From: Corallochytrium limacisporum Hawaii
Taxonomy: Eukaryota; Protista; Pluriformea
Length of the DNA: 64,000 bases
NCBI GenBank assembly: GCA_002811645.1
Contig: PDIP01000041.1
Coordinates: 1 to 64,000, forward strand
Direction of reading: 5' to 3'
Both the position numbers and the translations under genes were made by a program. Shown here piece after piece: positions 22,801 to 33,405 of this stretch (positions are counted from its first letter, which is position 1; the number at the start of each line of letters is the position of its first letter). Below the pieces are notes generated by a model. That model saw only the letters and a program-made list of their open reading frames with translations, was not told the DNA's origin and searched no databases.

Positions 22801-24540
22801 ACTTTTCCGGGAACCTTTTGCAATTTGTTGCTCTTCTTTCCATCGAGGTCCACCAGATTTTTCAACATACCCAAGAATCCATTCCGATTCGTTTCGCACA
22901 TATACAAGGGAAGATCTGCTTTTCGGCTTTCCTGGTCATCGCCAAGGATCAGGACCCCATGATTCTCAAAGAGTTTTAGAGCACTCCAGGCAAAAGGCAT
23001 TCTATACGGACCAAGACGTTTGCACTTTTCAGTCGTATTCCGATGCTGCTTATCCAGTAGCTTGACGTCACCGCCGGCAATCTTGCCATAGATGTCAGTC
23101 GCGTCCTGCACCGAACCATCCAGGATTCTACTCACGCGGACTACCAAGTGCACACCGGGATTGGGGTAACTGACGGCAAACAATGCCCTCCGGAAATTGT
23201 AGTCCACAGATATCTCACCCCAGCTGGCTGCCACAAGACTGCGTATAGACGCAGTCGGGGTATTGCCCATCTCGAAGCGAATAGTCTCTGACACTCTACA
23301 TCCCTGTTCTACATCACATAAAAACGCCTCCACCAAAAGGGGCTCAAATACGGCAGTCTCGAAACGGAGGTCATCGAAGTTGACCATAAAGCGGAGGCCA
23401 AAGTTTTCTCCAGGCGGTCCTTCAAGGGTTGCTGTCGCGAATCCGCTGTCAGAAGACTGTGCAAGACTTCTTGCCACGGAGGTCTCTGATCCCGTTGCAC
23501 GCAAAGTAGCCAGCACACTGGCTGTACTGTTGCTGGGCACAAACGACTCGTATAGTCCCGGTAGACTTTTCAGCTTCTCCCTTGCTGCGCCGAGGTAATT
23601 AACGCCTTCACTGTCTTCATCGTAAACTTCCTGCAGAACCTGTACTTGTGATCCGTTGCCTGCCTTGAACTGCCCGGCAGCGTTTTCCTTTGCAACTGTT
23701 AGTCCGGCCTGACGAATAGTTGCCCGCATTTCATCAGCCAGATGCTGTAGGGATCCACCCCGCTCGACACGTCCAGAGACACTCTTGGACCTTCCACCCT
23801 CACTTGTGTTGGCCTTGTCTACCTTACCAGTTTTCTTGATTGTTAAGTCATCTTTGCTGCGCTGACCGAAGCGGAGCCCGGAGGCCCCGTTTGACTTGTT
23901 GCTGCCAAGGGCACTAGACGTCGACTGAGTAGGGCAGGACGGATCCTTGTAGAGGAATGCAGGGACATGTTGCACTTTCAGGTCAAGTCCATGACTCGTG
24001 CTGTCTGTTCCTTCCTCCTTTGTTTGCGGGATCTTTGCATCTTCTGCGGGAAAGAGACCTTTGAGCTTCTTCTTGCCCTCTGTTTCCGCATCGGACCTGG
24101 TCCTCTTGAGCATCGCCACTCGTGAAGAAGTCATATCGCACTCAAATAAATTCTCTGGCTGCAGATTCGGTTCCTTTAGATTACCGTGTTTCTCCTTATT
24201 CTCCAAGAATTTGGTACGCTTCGACACTGAGAGCTCCGAAGAACCGATTGTCGACAGGGACACTCCCACGCCCTCCAGCACACACCACGGCGTTTGCAAA
24301 GACTTAATGTGCTCCGTCACTAGATCATCGCCCGTGCTGGGTGCACCCCACACACACTGCTGAAGATGGCTGACATCACTTTTAACTCTTTGTTCTCGTG
24401 GCAGGGATTTAACATTTGCATACGTCTGCGGGATCAGAAGGTGGTTCCTCTGGCCGTCTCCTTTGATCTCTTTCTGCGCCTGCTTGAAGATATCTTCATA
24501 CTGAGACTCGGCCGGAGCCAACTCATTATCAGAATCCATG
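16824..24540 (-). CDS. DOCK-C (Zir; DOCK6/7/8-like) Rac/Cdc42 guanine nucleotide exchange factor
   Basis: DHR-1 C2 (MYVYP..VDLSSR.G.KARN, YHEKSPEF.DEIKLQLPA...EKYHLLFVF.HV), DHR-2 (Y.NTPDLRITWL.NLA..H, LQL.LQG.VG.TVN.GP); no SH3 or PH. Single uninterrupted ORF; ATG at 24540 (ORF track extends to TTG 24572). Confidence 0.93.
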
Positions 24541-25231
24541 ATTTCCCACTTAAAGCTTTGCTCAGGTCGCAATCTACGGGATTTACTCTATTGAATATCC
24601 TACGGTACACGTATGAAGCTATCTCATTTCACACCACGGGCCGATCACCCGGATTCGCCCACACGTTCATACAAGGGGCCGAGATAGACATTCTCCTTTA
24701 TTATCACCTTAATCGACCCTCAAATAACTCCTCTCAAGGGGTAGGGACCGCAGCATTAATTGCTCTCGCGGACCAAACTGTGCGAAGAGTGAGACCCCTG
24801 GTGCGGCGGCGCGTTAGGACCTACCAAAGGCACCGCACCTCCAAAGCCACCAAACGTCAACGGCTTTCACCACTCTCCACAGGGGGTGGGGGTTTTGGAG
24901 GTGGCGAACGCCCAAGCGCCAAGTGAACGGACCGACAACAACGGTCAACACTGACGTAAAACAACAATACGTTTACAATGTAATCTAGCATGGTGAACAC
25001 TTAGGGAGGGTATCCATGTCTTCCCGCGACTGGGGCCCCCGAGTTTTGCTTGCCGTACTGGTGGTGAGTGAGTGGTGCAAGGGTTTCCAAGCCCGGGACT
25101 CAGGAAAATTGGTAGAGGGGGGGAACTGGTTGAAGAAGAAGTTGGAGACCACCAGCGGCGGGAATTTTCAACCAATCAACGGTGAGAACCTCTAAAATAG
25201 GATTTTGGGCATTTTCGCGGCATTCAAAACC

Positions 25232-25252
25232 GCTGCTGCCCCGGGCAGCAGC
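25232..25252. repeat. Perfect inverted repeat GCTGCTGCCC-C-GGGCAGCAGC in the DOCK/LysM divergent intergenic region
   Basis: 10-bp arms with a 1-nt spacer, read directly. Confidence 0.8.
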
Positions 25253-25980
25253 CACTCAGCCCTTCGGCCAAGCGTGCGAGAAAATGGACTCCAGATTAAT
25301 ACATCTTAATGAACTATTTAGGTTATTCAGTTATAAAGGGACCCGAACGGCGGCTAACCCCTCCCTACAACCGGCCTGCAGTAGTTGAGAGACGATCTTG
25401 AAAGGACGAGAGAAATTTTTTTCGGGGGCAGGGCGGTCCCTAGAACCATAAGCGAAGGGCCCGTGGATCCGCCGGGTACGCGAAGTGGCGATGGGAGAGA
25501 GCGGATAACCGGGAGGGTTTTCGGGAACGGCAGCGCGTAGGAGTAGATATCGGAGGTAAGTGTACGCACACGTTTTTCGCGGCCCTTGTTTTTCCGGTGA
25601 TCAACGATCTGTGAAGCATATTATGGCCGAGATTAACGCCGCTGGCAACTGACACCATGACACACACCCACGATTTGGCACAAACACAGAGAGTGGGGCA
25701 GGCAGTTCCGAAGGGGGCCCGAACTCAGCGGAACTCTTTTTCTTCTTCAGTCATATATGGACATATTCGTCGACAGAGACGAGCAGGAAATACATAAGGT
25801 GATGGTACAAATAACATGCTTCTGTGGCACGTCGAATTCGTTACATTGAACTGTGAAATGGCCGACCCTATAAGGAAAATCGGAAGCATTCGGTTATGTC
25901 ACTGGTGAAGTTGAGTCACACAAAATGACAGAATCCTGAAGGATAGTTGGACCAGCTACCATAGAACAAACCACAAAAAT

Positions 25981-27702
25981 ATGGAGCCCGGACGTGTATT
26001 CGGTGATGGCAACATTGGCATTGGGGCCAGAAGTAGTAACAACACATCCAATGCTCCCTCGCTCGGTAGCTTCGCACCAGCTCTGGGTCCATTGGACCCA
26101 CGGCTTTACCTGGGTGTCGGCGGATCCTCGCGCCGTCGAAAGGCCGGCTTGGGTAGTGCTTTCTCAAATCCACAGTATTTAAATGGATCGGCGTTCGAAA
26201 AGGGACCGGAGCCCGGCATGCCGTCAATGGAAGACCCGGCCGTAAAGCGTGCAATTATGGGAGATGGTAATGTAGGTGCCTTTGACAAAGGGGTATCGTC
26301 CGGCATGAGCGATAAGCAGGGAAGGCCAAAAACAAAAAGCTACGGCCGGTTGCACAATGACAAAAGTGGCGGCTTTGCGCTGAACCCCGAGGGAAGACCG
26401 ACAACCGGATTAAGCACAGGTGCTTACGCTAAAAACTACAGCAGTGGACCGTCCGGATACTATGGCAAGGATGGCGTACGTCACCCTTATGATGACAAAC
26501 ACTCAGCCCTGCATGGTAATCCAGACAGTGGGCTAGGCGGATCGGCAGCGGCTGCTCCGGTGCATGAGGACTTGGTAAGGCACAAGGTGTTGGCCACGGA
26601 TACGTTGACCAGTCTGGCGATTCGCTACGGATGCACCGCGTCGGAAATCAAATTTATCAACAAGATAGTCATGGAGCAAGATTTGCACGCCCGAAAGTAT
26701 ATCTACATTCCGAAAAGTGAAGGGGAGCCAGAAGCAGCACCGGGCAAAGCAGGGATCCTCGACAGAAAAGGCAAGGCAGCCGATGCTGATCAAAGCGGTT
26801 GGCCTCAGGGTCCACCCCCAGAATATCCACCCAAGCAGGAACTGTTAATCGATTTTGGCGCGGACGAAGACATACAAGCCCCAACACCACCGCCTCCATA
26901 CACTCCGGACGGATTCGTGCAGGAGGCGACCTTGAGTGGAGGTACTGGCTTGGAGAACGAAGGTTTTCATGACTTCGTGAGCTATGATACGCAAGAGCAA
27001 AACGAGAACGACGACGGCCTAGAGACCATTGACGAGGATCAGTTAGCTGATCTTGACAATCTGGAGCAGTTGCGTGAGGGTGGGCCTGCAACCACTGACG
27101 ACGGCGCCAACTCAGCGCTCAGCTTCCTAAGCAAATTTGACCAGGCCATTGATGACGGCAAACGTTTCACATACGCCATGGATGTCAAGTACGGCAAGGG
27201 TCTAGTTGACAATAAGGATAGACCAAAGAATCGGGAGATTACTGATGTGGACCGGCAGCGCATGGCGGAAGAGTCGCGTCGGAAGGAGCAGGAGAAGGCG
27301 TTTGCATCGCAGCAAGCGGCCAGGCGTCATAGCATTGGTCGGCCGTCCTCATCTCCGAGTCCTGGCATGCCGGGCAAGAAGCTAGCTGACTCAATGGCAA
27401 ATTTGATCATCCGTCCTCGCGGCAAGGGCAGCCGCCCTTCTTCGTTGCTGAGTGGGAGCCAAGTAGGTCAGGGCGACGGTGAGAGTGACATTGGCTCGAT
27501 TCCGCTCCAGGACTCAGATGTCGGAGGCTCACGCCGCAGCGAGTCCGCAAACCCTGCTCCCAAGCGGACCTCAGGGCGCGTTATCAGCAATGGTGGCGGT
27601 CCCGGCCCCGGTAGTACGGTGAGCTCTGGCTTTGGTTTTGGGACAGGCGGTTCCGTAAACTCTGCTGGCTTTACATCGAACGTGAAGAACCCGTTCCGGT
27701 GA
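25981..27702 (+). CDS. LysM domain protein (LYSMD-like) with disordered flanks
   Basis: HKVLATDTLTSLAIRYGCTASEIKFINKIVMEQDLHARKYIYIP is a typical eukaryotic LysM; later FLSKFD motif as in LYSMD proteins. Confidence 0.85.
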   Translation: MEPGRVFGDGNIGIGARSSNNTSNAPSLGSFAPALGPLDPRLYLGVGGSSRRRKAGLGSAFSNPQYLNGSAFEKGPEPGMPSMEDPAVKRAIMGDGNVGAFDKGVSSGMSDKQGRPKTKSYGRLHNDKSGGFALNPEGRPTTGLSTGAYAKNYSSGPSGYYGKDGVRHPYDDKHSALHGNPDSGLGGSAAAAPVHEDLVRHKVLATDTLTSLAIRYGCTASEIKFINKIVMEQDLHARKYIYIPKSEGEPEAAPGKAGILDRKGKAADADQSGWPQGPPPEYPPKQELLIDFGADEDIQAPTPPPPYTPDGFVQEATLSGGTGLENEGFHDFVSYDTQEQNENDDGLETIDEDQLADLDNLEQLREGGPATTDDGANSALSFLSKFDQAIDDGKRFTYAMDVKYGKGLVDNKDRPKNREITDVDRQRMAEESRRKEQEKAFASQQAARRHSIGRPSSSPSPGMPGKKLADSMANLIIRPRGKGSRPSSLLSGSQVGQGDGESDIGSIPLQDSDVGGSRRSESANPAPKRTSGRVISNGGGPGPGSTVSSGFGFGTGGSVNSAGFTSNVKNPFR

Positions 27703-27846
27703 ATTCCTCTTGTTTTCCATGAGATTGCACGTTAGTAAATGTTAGTTGTAAAGAAATCTCTCTTAGATACAAAAGTACTCGATTCGGGATTGAATTACGA
27801 TAGTACGTTGATATGTCATATGTTTTTCTTTTGTTTTTCTTTCCTA

Positions 27847-29370
27847 TCAGGCTCCAATGTTGTCCATAGGCTCAAATACGAGCCAGTCAACAATATCTGG
27901 ATTCTCGAGCATGTCAACAGTGAGTAAGAATCCAGAAATGGTCCAAGTCTGGAATGCGCGTGCTTCACGTCCAATTAGCCGACCGAGGCGGCCGTCATAA
28001 TACTCAATCCACTTGTCTTTGCGCATGCGCTTGGCGGCCATATCGAGGGCCTTGATTACCAAGTCTCCACGGTCAAAGTGCAGGCAGGCGGCGCCAAACA
28101 TCCACAGCAAAACGGGCCAATTGCCGCCGTTGTGGTAACTCCATGCGCGGTTCTTGGGGTCACATCCGGTCAGCATCTCCCACTCCTGACCCTCCAGGGC
28201 TGGGTAGACAATTTTCAGTGGCATCTGACCCACAAGGTCTTCCCAATTCCTCTCGATTAGCTTAATAATCATCTCACCCTGTGACTCTGTCGACAGCGCG
28301 GCCATGACAGCAACCAAATTGCCGAGCGTGAAGAACCGACAATCCAACAAAGACGGACCTAGGTTGCCTGCGAAGAATCCACCGTCGTCCGGGAGCCATC
28401 GGCTGAGCATATCATACGGAATCGACTTGGAAAAGATATTGAACTGATTCAGCGCACCAAGACCATACTCCTCGGACTTGAAGCGGTAGATTGTGTTTAG
28501 CTTCTCCAGATCGATCCAGTAGTGGTCCCGAATGTGCTTGGTCAAGGGAAACAGGCGTGCATTGACAGCTTTGAGAATATCCGAGTTTTCTGCAGACGGT
28601 AGCAACAGCTCCAGCCCGGATCGCAGAGTATAAAAGAAAAGCGACTGAATCTCTAGCGGATGGCCGTTGATGCCCATGCGACGATCAATCATGCACGCGC
28701 CATCAGGCACGAGAAGAGTCGGGTACAAATCAAACCGGCTGACAAGACATAACTCCAGAATTAGTCGAATGCCCTGTTGATAGTCCGGGTGCTGCGCCAA
28801 TTCGAAATCTCCCGTGGCCTTCACATACGCCCGCAGAATATATACCCACCACAGACAACTGTCAACGGGAGTGACTCGGCCGATGGCGTGGTTACCGAAA
28901 TCCGCCTGCAAGTACTCATGGTCGTCCTCGTATACCACCTTAAAGCTAGCAGGCATCAACCCACGTCCCGGCTGGAAGAAGTCAAGGCGGTCCTCTGTGG
29001 TCTGCAACTGGAGCGTTTTGGACAGGAAATGGCGTACGATCTCTGGCCGGTCCCGGCTGAGGAACACCAGAGCAGCACTGACAAAGTCACGAATGAAGCA
29101 TTGGTCATAGTTCAGTGCCTCAACTTGCGGGTCCCTTGCCGCAACAGTACCGACGGGTTTGCCATGATAGTAAATAATTGAATCCTCCAGGGCTGCCCAC
29201 GCCTCGTCGGCGAGGTCCTGCAGATGTGAGGTCGAAATTGCCTCGCCGCTGCCCGGTGGTTCAGAGGGCATGCGAAACGGTCCACCAGGGCGCAAACCCT
29301 TGGTAGAGTTTTGGCGAACTGCGCCGGGACGACGCATAGGCTTGCTCGATCCTGCTTCGCCGTTCTCCAT
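27847..29370 (-). CDS. Alkaline/neutral invertase, glycoside hydrolase family 100
   Basis: PVGTVAARD, LNYDQCFIRDF, GLMPASFKV, ADFG.HAIGRV.PVDS.LWW, DGACMIDRRMG, GHPLEIQ, DPKN..WSYHNGG.WP, EYYDG..GRLIG, QTWTI.G; ATG at 29370. Confidence 0.96.
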   Translation of the reverse strand: MENGEAGSSKPMRRPGAVRQNSTKGLRPGGPFRMPSEPPGSGEAISTSHLQDLADEAWAALEDSIIYYHGKPVGTVAARDPQVEALNYDQCFIRDFVSAALVFLSRDRPEIVRHFLSKTLQLQTTEDRLDFFQPGRGLMPASFKVVYEDDHEYLQADFGNHAIGRVTPVDSCLWWVYILRAYVKATGDFELAQHPDYQQGIRLILELCLVSRFDLYPTLLVPDGACMIDRRMGINGHPLEIQSLFFYTLRSGLELLLPSAENSDILKAVNARLFPLTKHIRDHYWIDLEKLNTIYRFKSEEYGLGALNQFNIFSKSIPYDMLSRWLPDDGGFFAGNLGPSLLDCRFFTLGNLVAVMAALSTESQGEMIIKLIERNWEDLVGQMPLKIVYPALEGQEWEMLTGCDPKNRAWSYHNGGNWPVLLWMFGAACLHFDRGDLVIKALDMAAKRMRKDKWIEYYDGRLGRLIGREARAFQTWTISGFLLTVDMLENPDIVDWLVFEPMDNIGA

Positions 29371-29789
29371 AGTGAATTTGTTTGTATTCAACACCCCTTA
29401 AAGTTGTAGTGGTTGCAAACGGTCAGAGAGAAGCTTATGACACCACCTCACCAGAAAGTCTGTATCTTAATTAGTCACCTGAAAAGTGTGTCCGTTTTAT
29501 GGAGGTTGGTATGCCTTCCTTGTCTGTTTCTTCTCACTAAGACTTCATTCAAGTGAACAAGGTTTCGCAGCTGAGCCTTGTTTGTTTTCCACTACTCACA
29601 CGGCTTATGGTCACCATGCATCTGATTCTTACAGGATGTGACATAAGTTATGAAGGACTCAAACACCAGGACCTCTGACGCGCCATACTGTACAAATTGG
29701 AAAGCAAACTGCTTTATGGTTCCAGCATGTAAGAATTGAAACAAAACGAACCCCAAAACTGTCCAATCGCGGAAACTCCCCAGTTTCTC

Positions 29790-30200
29790 TGACCCAAAGG
29801 CCCCCCCCCCCCTACAACACCCTCCGCCGGCCCACCCCACTTAGACACCGCAGGGCCGTGGTGCGGAATGGTTCGGCCCCAGTGACGGAGTCAGGGGGCG
29901 AGAGAAGTAAAAGGAGGAGACCCTCGCTGGGGGCTAGCAGAAGAAACCCCCCCCGGGGGGGGGGGTTGGGGGCACGGGTTAGGTGCTTGCGGCTGTGCTA
30001 CTGACAGCGGTTCCTTCCCTCGAGAGAAGAAGGGAAGGGGGGGTGGGGGGCGGGTTGGACCTTCAGGGAAAGGAACAACTCAGCGCAGAGGGGCGTGCCA
30101 GGGAAGGGAGTCTTGCGAGACCTAGCGACGGAGGACCACCACCGTCAAAGCAGGGAGGGAGGGAGAGGGGGAGGTTCAGAGCGTAGGGACGTGGGGAGGG
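29790..30200. repeat. Small low-complexity G/C-run island
   Basis: C-run at 29801-29812, C8G11 at 29947-29965, purine-rich tracts. Confidence 0.75.
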
Positions 30201-30354
30201 TAGATGCCGGTGATATGCGAAGGAAAATTGCATCGCCGTCTTCGTGACACGTTCTTCGCTTGCGCTCTCCATGATCAAGTGCATGTCGGTTTATTTTGAC
30301 TTTGCTCATGTCTTTGTCTCATGATAATCCACTTTTCGGTTGCTACATGTTGAC

Positions 30355-31305
30355 CTAAATGACAGGTACAGGAGACTGTCGTTGACCATCATGGCAATTG
30401 GATGCGGTAGCATCGATGCGGCTATTATTGTGAGCCAGGTTCCCTGACGGGTCATGAACAGTCACCACATCTTTGCTCTTGACCATGTGCTCATGATGGT
30501 CCTCACTAACAGGCTCCATAGGCTTCTCTAGATTGGCTTGAGTGTCAAGGCCCAGGCGCAGGGACAGCTTCGTCACAAATTCTTTTAGACAGGAGAGCAA
30601 GGGCCGTTCGCGGGTGGAAGCAGCATTCTCTTCACCATGCTCCTTTGTGCAGGACAATGCACTGCCAGGACGAGCAACTGACACGGCGGTTTCCTCTTCA
30701 ATGACAACAGCTGGGCTGATGGCGGCCGCCTCCTCCTCTGCGGCCTCGTTTGCCTGTACCAATTCCTCTGCGAGAGGAGCGAGTATCCCGCGGTGGCTCT
30801 TTGCGTTGGGAGTTTTGGCTGCACTACGCGGAAGCTGACTAAGGATCTCAATGTTCTTGAGGACAATGTTGTGGGTACCTCTTCGTCATCTCTTTGATCA
30901 TTTGTGAATGGCGTCTTCGCAGTGTCCGGTCTGAAGACCACGCTTACAAGGTAGTGAACGGAATCCAACACTACTGCTGCGGCCACCTTGTCATCTTCTG
31001 GGAGTTAAGCAATTCTTTGGTAATGGCATGTAAGTCTACCATGAACGTCAAGTGAACCCTTGATGACTCTGTATGTATCATATTGCCCATCTCTCGTGCC
31101 TACTTTGATTAGAATTGTACTCTGCACCTCCACAGCTGCACCGTTCACGGACCTGTCGCTGATCACAACAGATGCGCAGGATACGCTCGTTATTCCAAAA
31201 ATATGCTCATCCAATTTAAAATACCTTAATTGACGGAGGCCATACCCTGATATTCCGATCCAGTACGGATTCAGTAACCATATATTTGAGCACGTGAAAC
31301 CTCAT
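30355..31305 (-). CDS. Predicted spliced gene, unknown ~274 aa protein (exons 31305-31246, 31205-31040, 30997-30879, 30834-30355)
   Basis: Removing GT-AG segments 31206-31245 (40 nt), 30998-31039 (42 nt, GCTTAAC branch-like, contains the in-frame TAA) and 30835-30878 (44 nt) gives one 825-nt ORF. The middle intron is best supported; the other junctions are tentative. Confidence 0.5.
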
Positions 31306-31591
31306 CCACGCTCACACTCGCCCTTTCCCCTGGCCTCCCCCACCCAAAATAACCGGGTCAGTCTCCCGGGAGAACCGCCCCACCGCCGGTCTCCGCCATT
31401 CTCCAGTGGCACTTTTGGTGAAAGTATATCCAATTAGTGCTTTATGAATTTTGTATGGATTATTGGTCGATGTTGCTTGATTTTGAAATTCTGCATGGGT
31501 CCCTATAACAGTACAATATTCGTATGCAGCGAGGTGGGTATATTCATATACTGACATAATTTATTTTGCACGATTGCAAACAATGAGCTAT

Positions 31592-31602
31592 GGCGCGAAA
31601 AA
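31592..31602 (-). promoter_or_regulatory. Canonical E2F site TTTTTCGCGCC upstream of RFC4
   Basis: Reads ggcgcgaaaaa on +. RFC genes are classical E2F targets. Confidence 0.55.
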
Positions 31603-31820
31603 TGTTACGATGAGGTCGTGCCCTTCTTGTGTCTTCGACAGCTGGGAGCGGTGCAAAGAGTATACATGCTCGTGGCCACTGAGCCAACATCGTCAAAGCT
31701 CAGCTTCCTGCTAGTGGCTACTTTAATGTGCGTAAGGTAGTTAAGTGGACATTTAAATCATTGTTCGATCAGAGCGAAATCGAAGGTCAACAAACAGTTC
31801 TGAACAACCGTTTCGCAAAG

Positions 31821-32900
31821 ATGCAGGCCCTCTTTGGGAAGAAGGGAGAGAAGGGAGCCTTGACTCGGGAGGAGATTGCCAAAGACCGGGCACAGGCTGT
31901 ACCATGGGTGGAAAAATTCCGTCCCAAAACTCTGGAAGATGTGGCACACCAAGAGGAAGTAGTTGCGGTCCTTAAAAAGACAGTAAAGGAGTCTCCTTTA
32001 GACCTTCCCCACTTGTTGTTCTACGGGCCTCCCGGCACCGGTAAAACCTCCACCGTCCTGGCTATGGCACGGGATCTCTACGGGCCTAAGTTGACCAAAC
32101 AGAGGGTGTTGGAACTGAACGCTTCCGATGAGCGAGGTATCAGCGTTATTCGGACGAAGATAAAAAACTTTGCACAACAGACAGCGGCAACTGCTAGCAA
32201 AGAAGAAGCTGGAGACTACCCATGCCCTCCGTACAAGATCATTGTCCTCGATGAGGCCGACAGTATGACCAGCGATGCACAAAGTGCTTTGCGTCGTACT
32301 ATGGAAAAATACTCTACCACTACTCGATTCTGTTTGATCTGTAATTATGTGTCTCGCATCATCGAGCCCTTGGCCTCGCGGTGCGCAAAGTTCCGCTTCA
32401 AGCCACTAAGCACAGATTCCTTGATGGACCGTCTGCGGATAATTGCCAAGGCAGAAGGCATAAATGCCAGTGATGACGCATTAATGGCTCTAATTGAGGC
32501 CAGCGAGGGAGACATGCGCAAGGGCATTACGGGCATGCACAGTGCATCTCGCATTGCATCAAAGGCATTAACCAAACAATCAGTGATGGAGAGCTCTGGC
32601 CGGGTGCCGGACGAGACGGTAGAAGAATTGATGCACCTCTGCCTGACCTCCACCTTCGACCGCCTGGACCGTGCTGTCAAGAACATAATCTTCGACGGCT
32701 ACAGCGGATGGCAGACCATAGCACAGATCCACGACAAGGTTGTCACCGATACCACCCTCAACGACCTTCAGAAGGCCCACATTTGTGATGCCATTGCCAA
32801 AGCAGACAAGTGCCTGACTGATGGTGCAGACGAATATCTCCAAGTTGTCGCCTGCGTTGCCGCAATTATGGGAGCCCGTAGTATTGCAAACGTTGCATGA
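31821..32900 (+). CDS. RFC4: Replication factor C small subunit (human RFC4 / yeast Rfc2)
   Basis: PWVEKFRP, LFYGPPGTGKTS, LELNASDERGI, YPCPPYKIIVLDEADSMT.DAQSALRRTME, SRC motif. Confidence 0.95.
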   Translation: MQALFGKKGEKGALTREEIAKDRAQAVPWVEKFRPKTLEDVAHQEEVVAVLKKTVKESPLDLPHLLFYGPPGTGKTSTVLAMARDLYGPKLTKQRVLELNASDERGISVIRTKIKNFAQQTAATASKEEAGDYPCPPYKIIVLDEADSMTSDAQSALRRTMEKYSTTTRFCLICNYVSRIIEPLASRCAKFRFKPLSTDSLMDRLRIIAKAEGINASDDALMALIEASEGDMRKGITGMHSASRIASKALTKQSVMESSGRVPDETVEELMHLCLTSTFDRLDRAVKNIIFDGYSGWQTIAQIHDKVVTDTTLNDLQKAHICDAIAKADKCLTDGADEYLQVVACVAAIMGARSIANVA

Positions 32901-33071
32901 AAACATCCACAAAAGACCGAGAATAGAGTGTAACTGTTTATATAGTCCACAGAGTAAACTGGAAAGTTCAAACCTATCCCGAGGGTGGCTTTTCCTTGGG
33001 GCTAAAGGCTCCTCGCCCAAGTATCCCGTTTCGAATTCGGATCCCAAAAAGCGGCCCCCGTCTAAAATGAG

Positions 33072-33082
33072 GGCGGGAAAAA
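33072..33082 (-). promoter_or_regulatory. Canonical E2F site TTTTTCCCGCC upstream of the kinesin gene (CHR-like TTTGAA at 33323-33328)
   Basis: ggcgggaaaaa read directly. Confidence 0.45.
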
Positions 33083-33405
33083 CTAGGCTCCCCCACTCCT
33101 GCATCTCCTTCCCTACGCCCGCAGAGCTCGTAGGACTGGGTGAGGTCCGACAGCGGGTCTCCCCACGGCGTCATGCTGGGTTCCGCCAAAACGAGGGACG
33201 GTACCTGGAAAGGCGTCCGGACGGATGGCCCTTGGGTTGCGCTATAAATGGTACTCAAGGAACTGTGAGTGGGTGACCAATTTCTTACTCTGCGAATCAC
33301 AGGCTAGAAGCCGGAGTTCAGCTTTGAAAGAAGTCATTTGCTAAGAGACAGCACCTTCGAATGTAGCCTTGTAGAGCACCGCGTAGGTATGTATGCCGCG
33401 CCATC

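Noticed and set aside
31005-31007. In-frame TAA as stop readthrough or alternative genetic code
   Set aside because: It lies within a clean 42-nt GT-AG segment with a branch-like site, and TAA terminates many other genes here.
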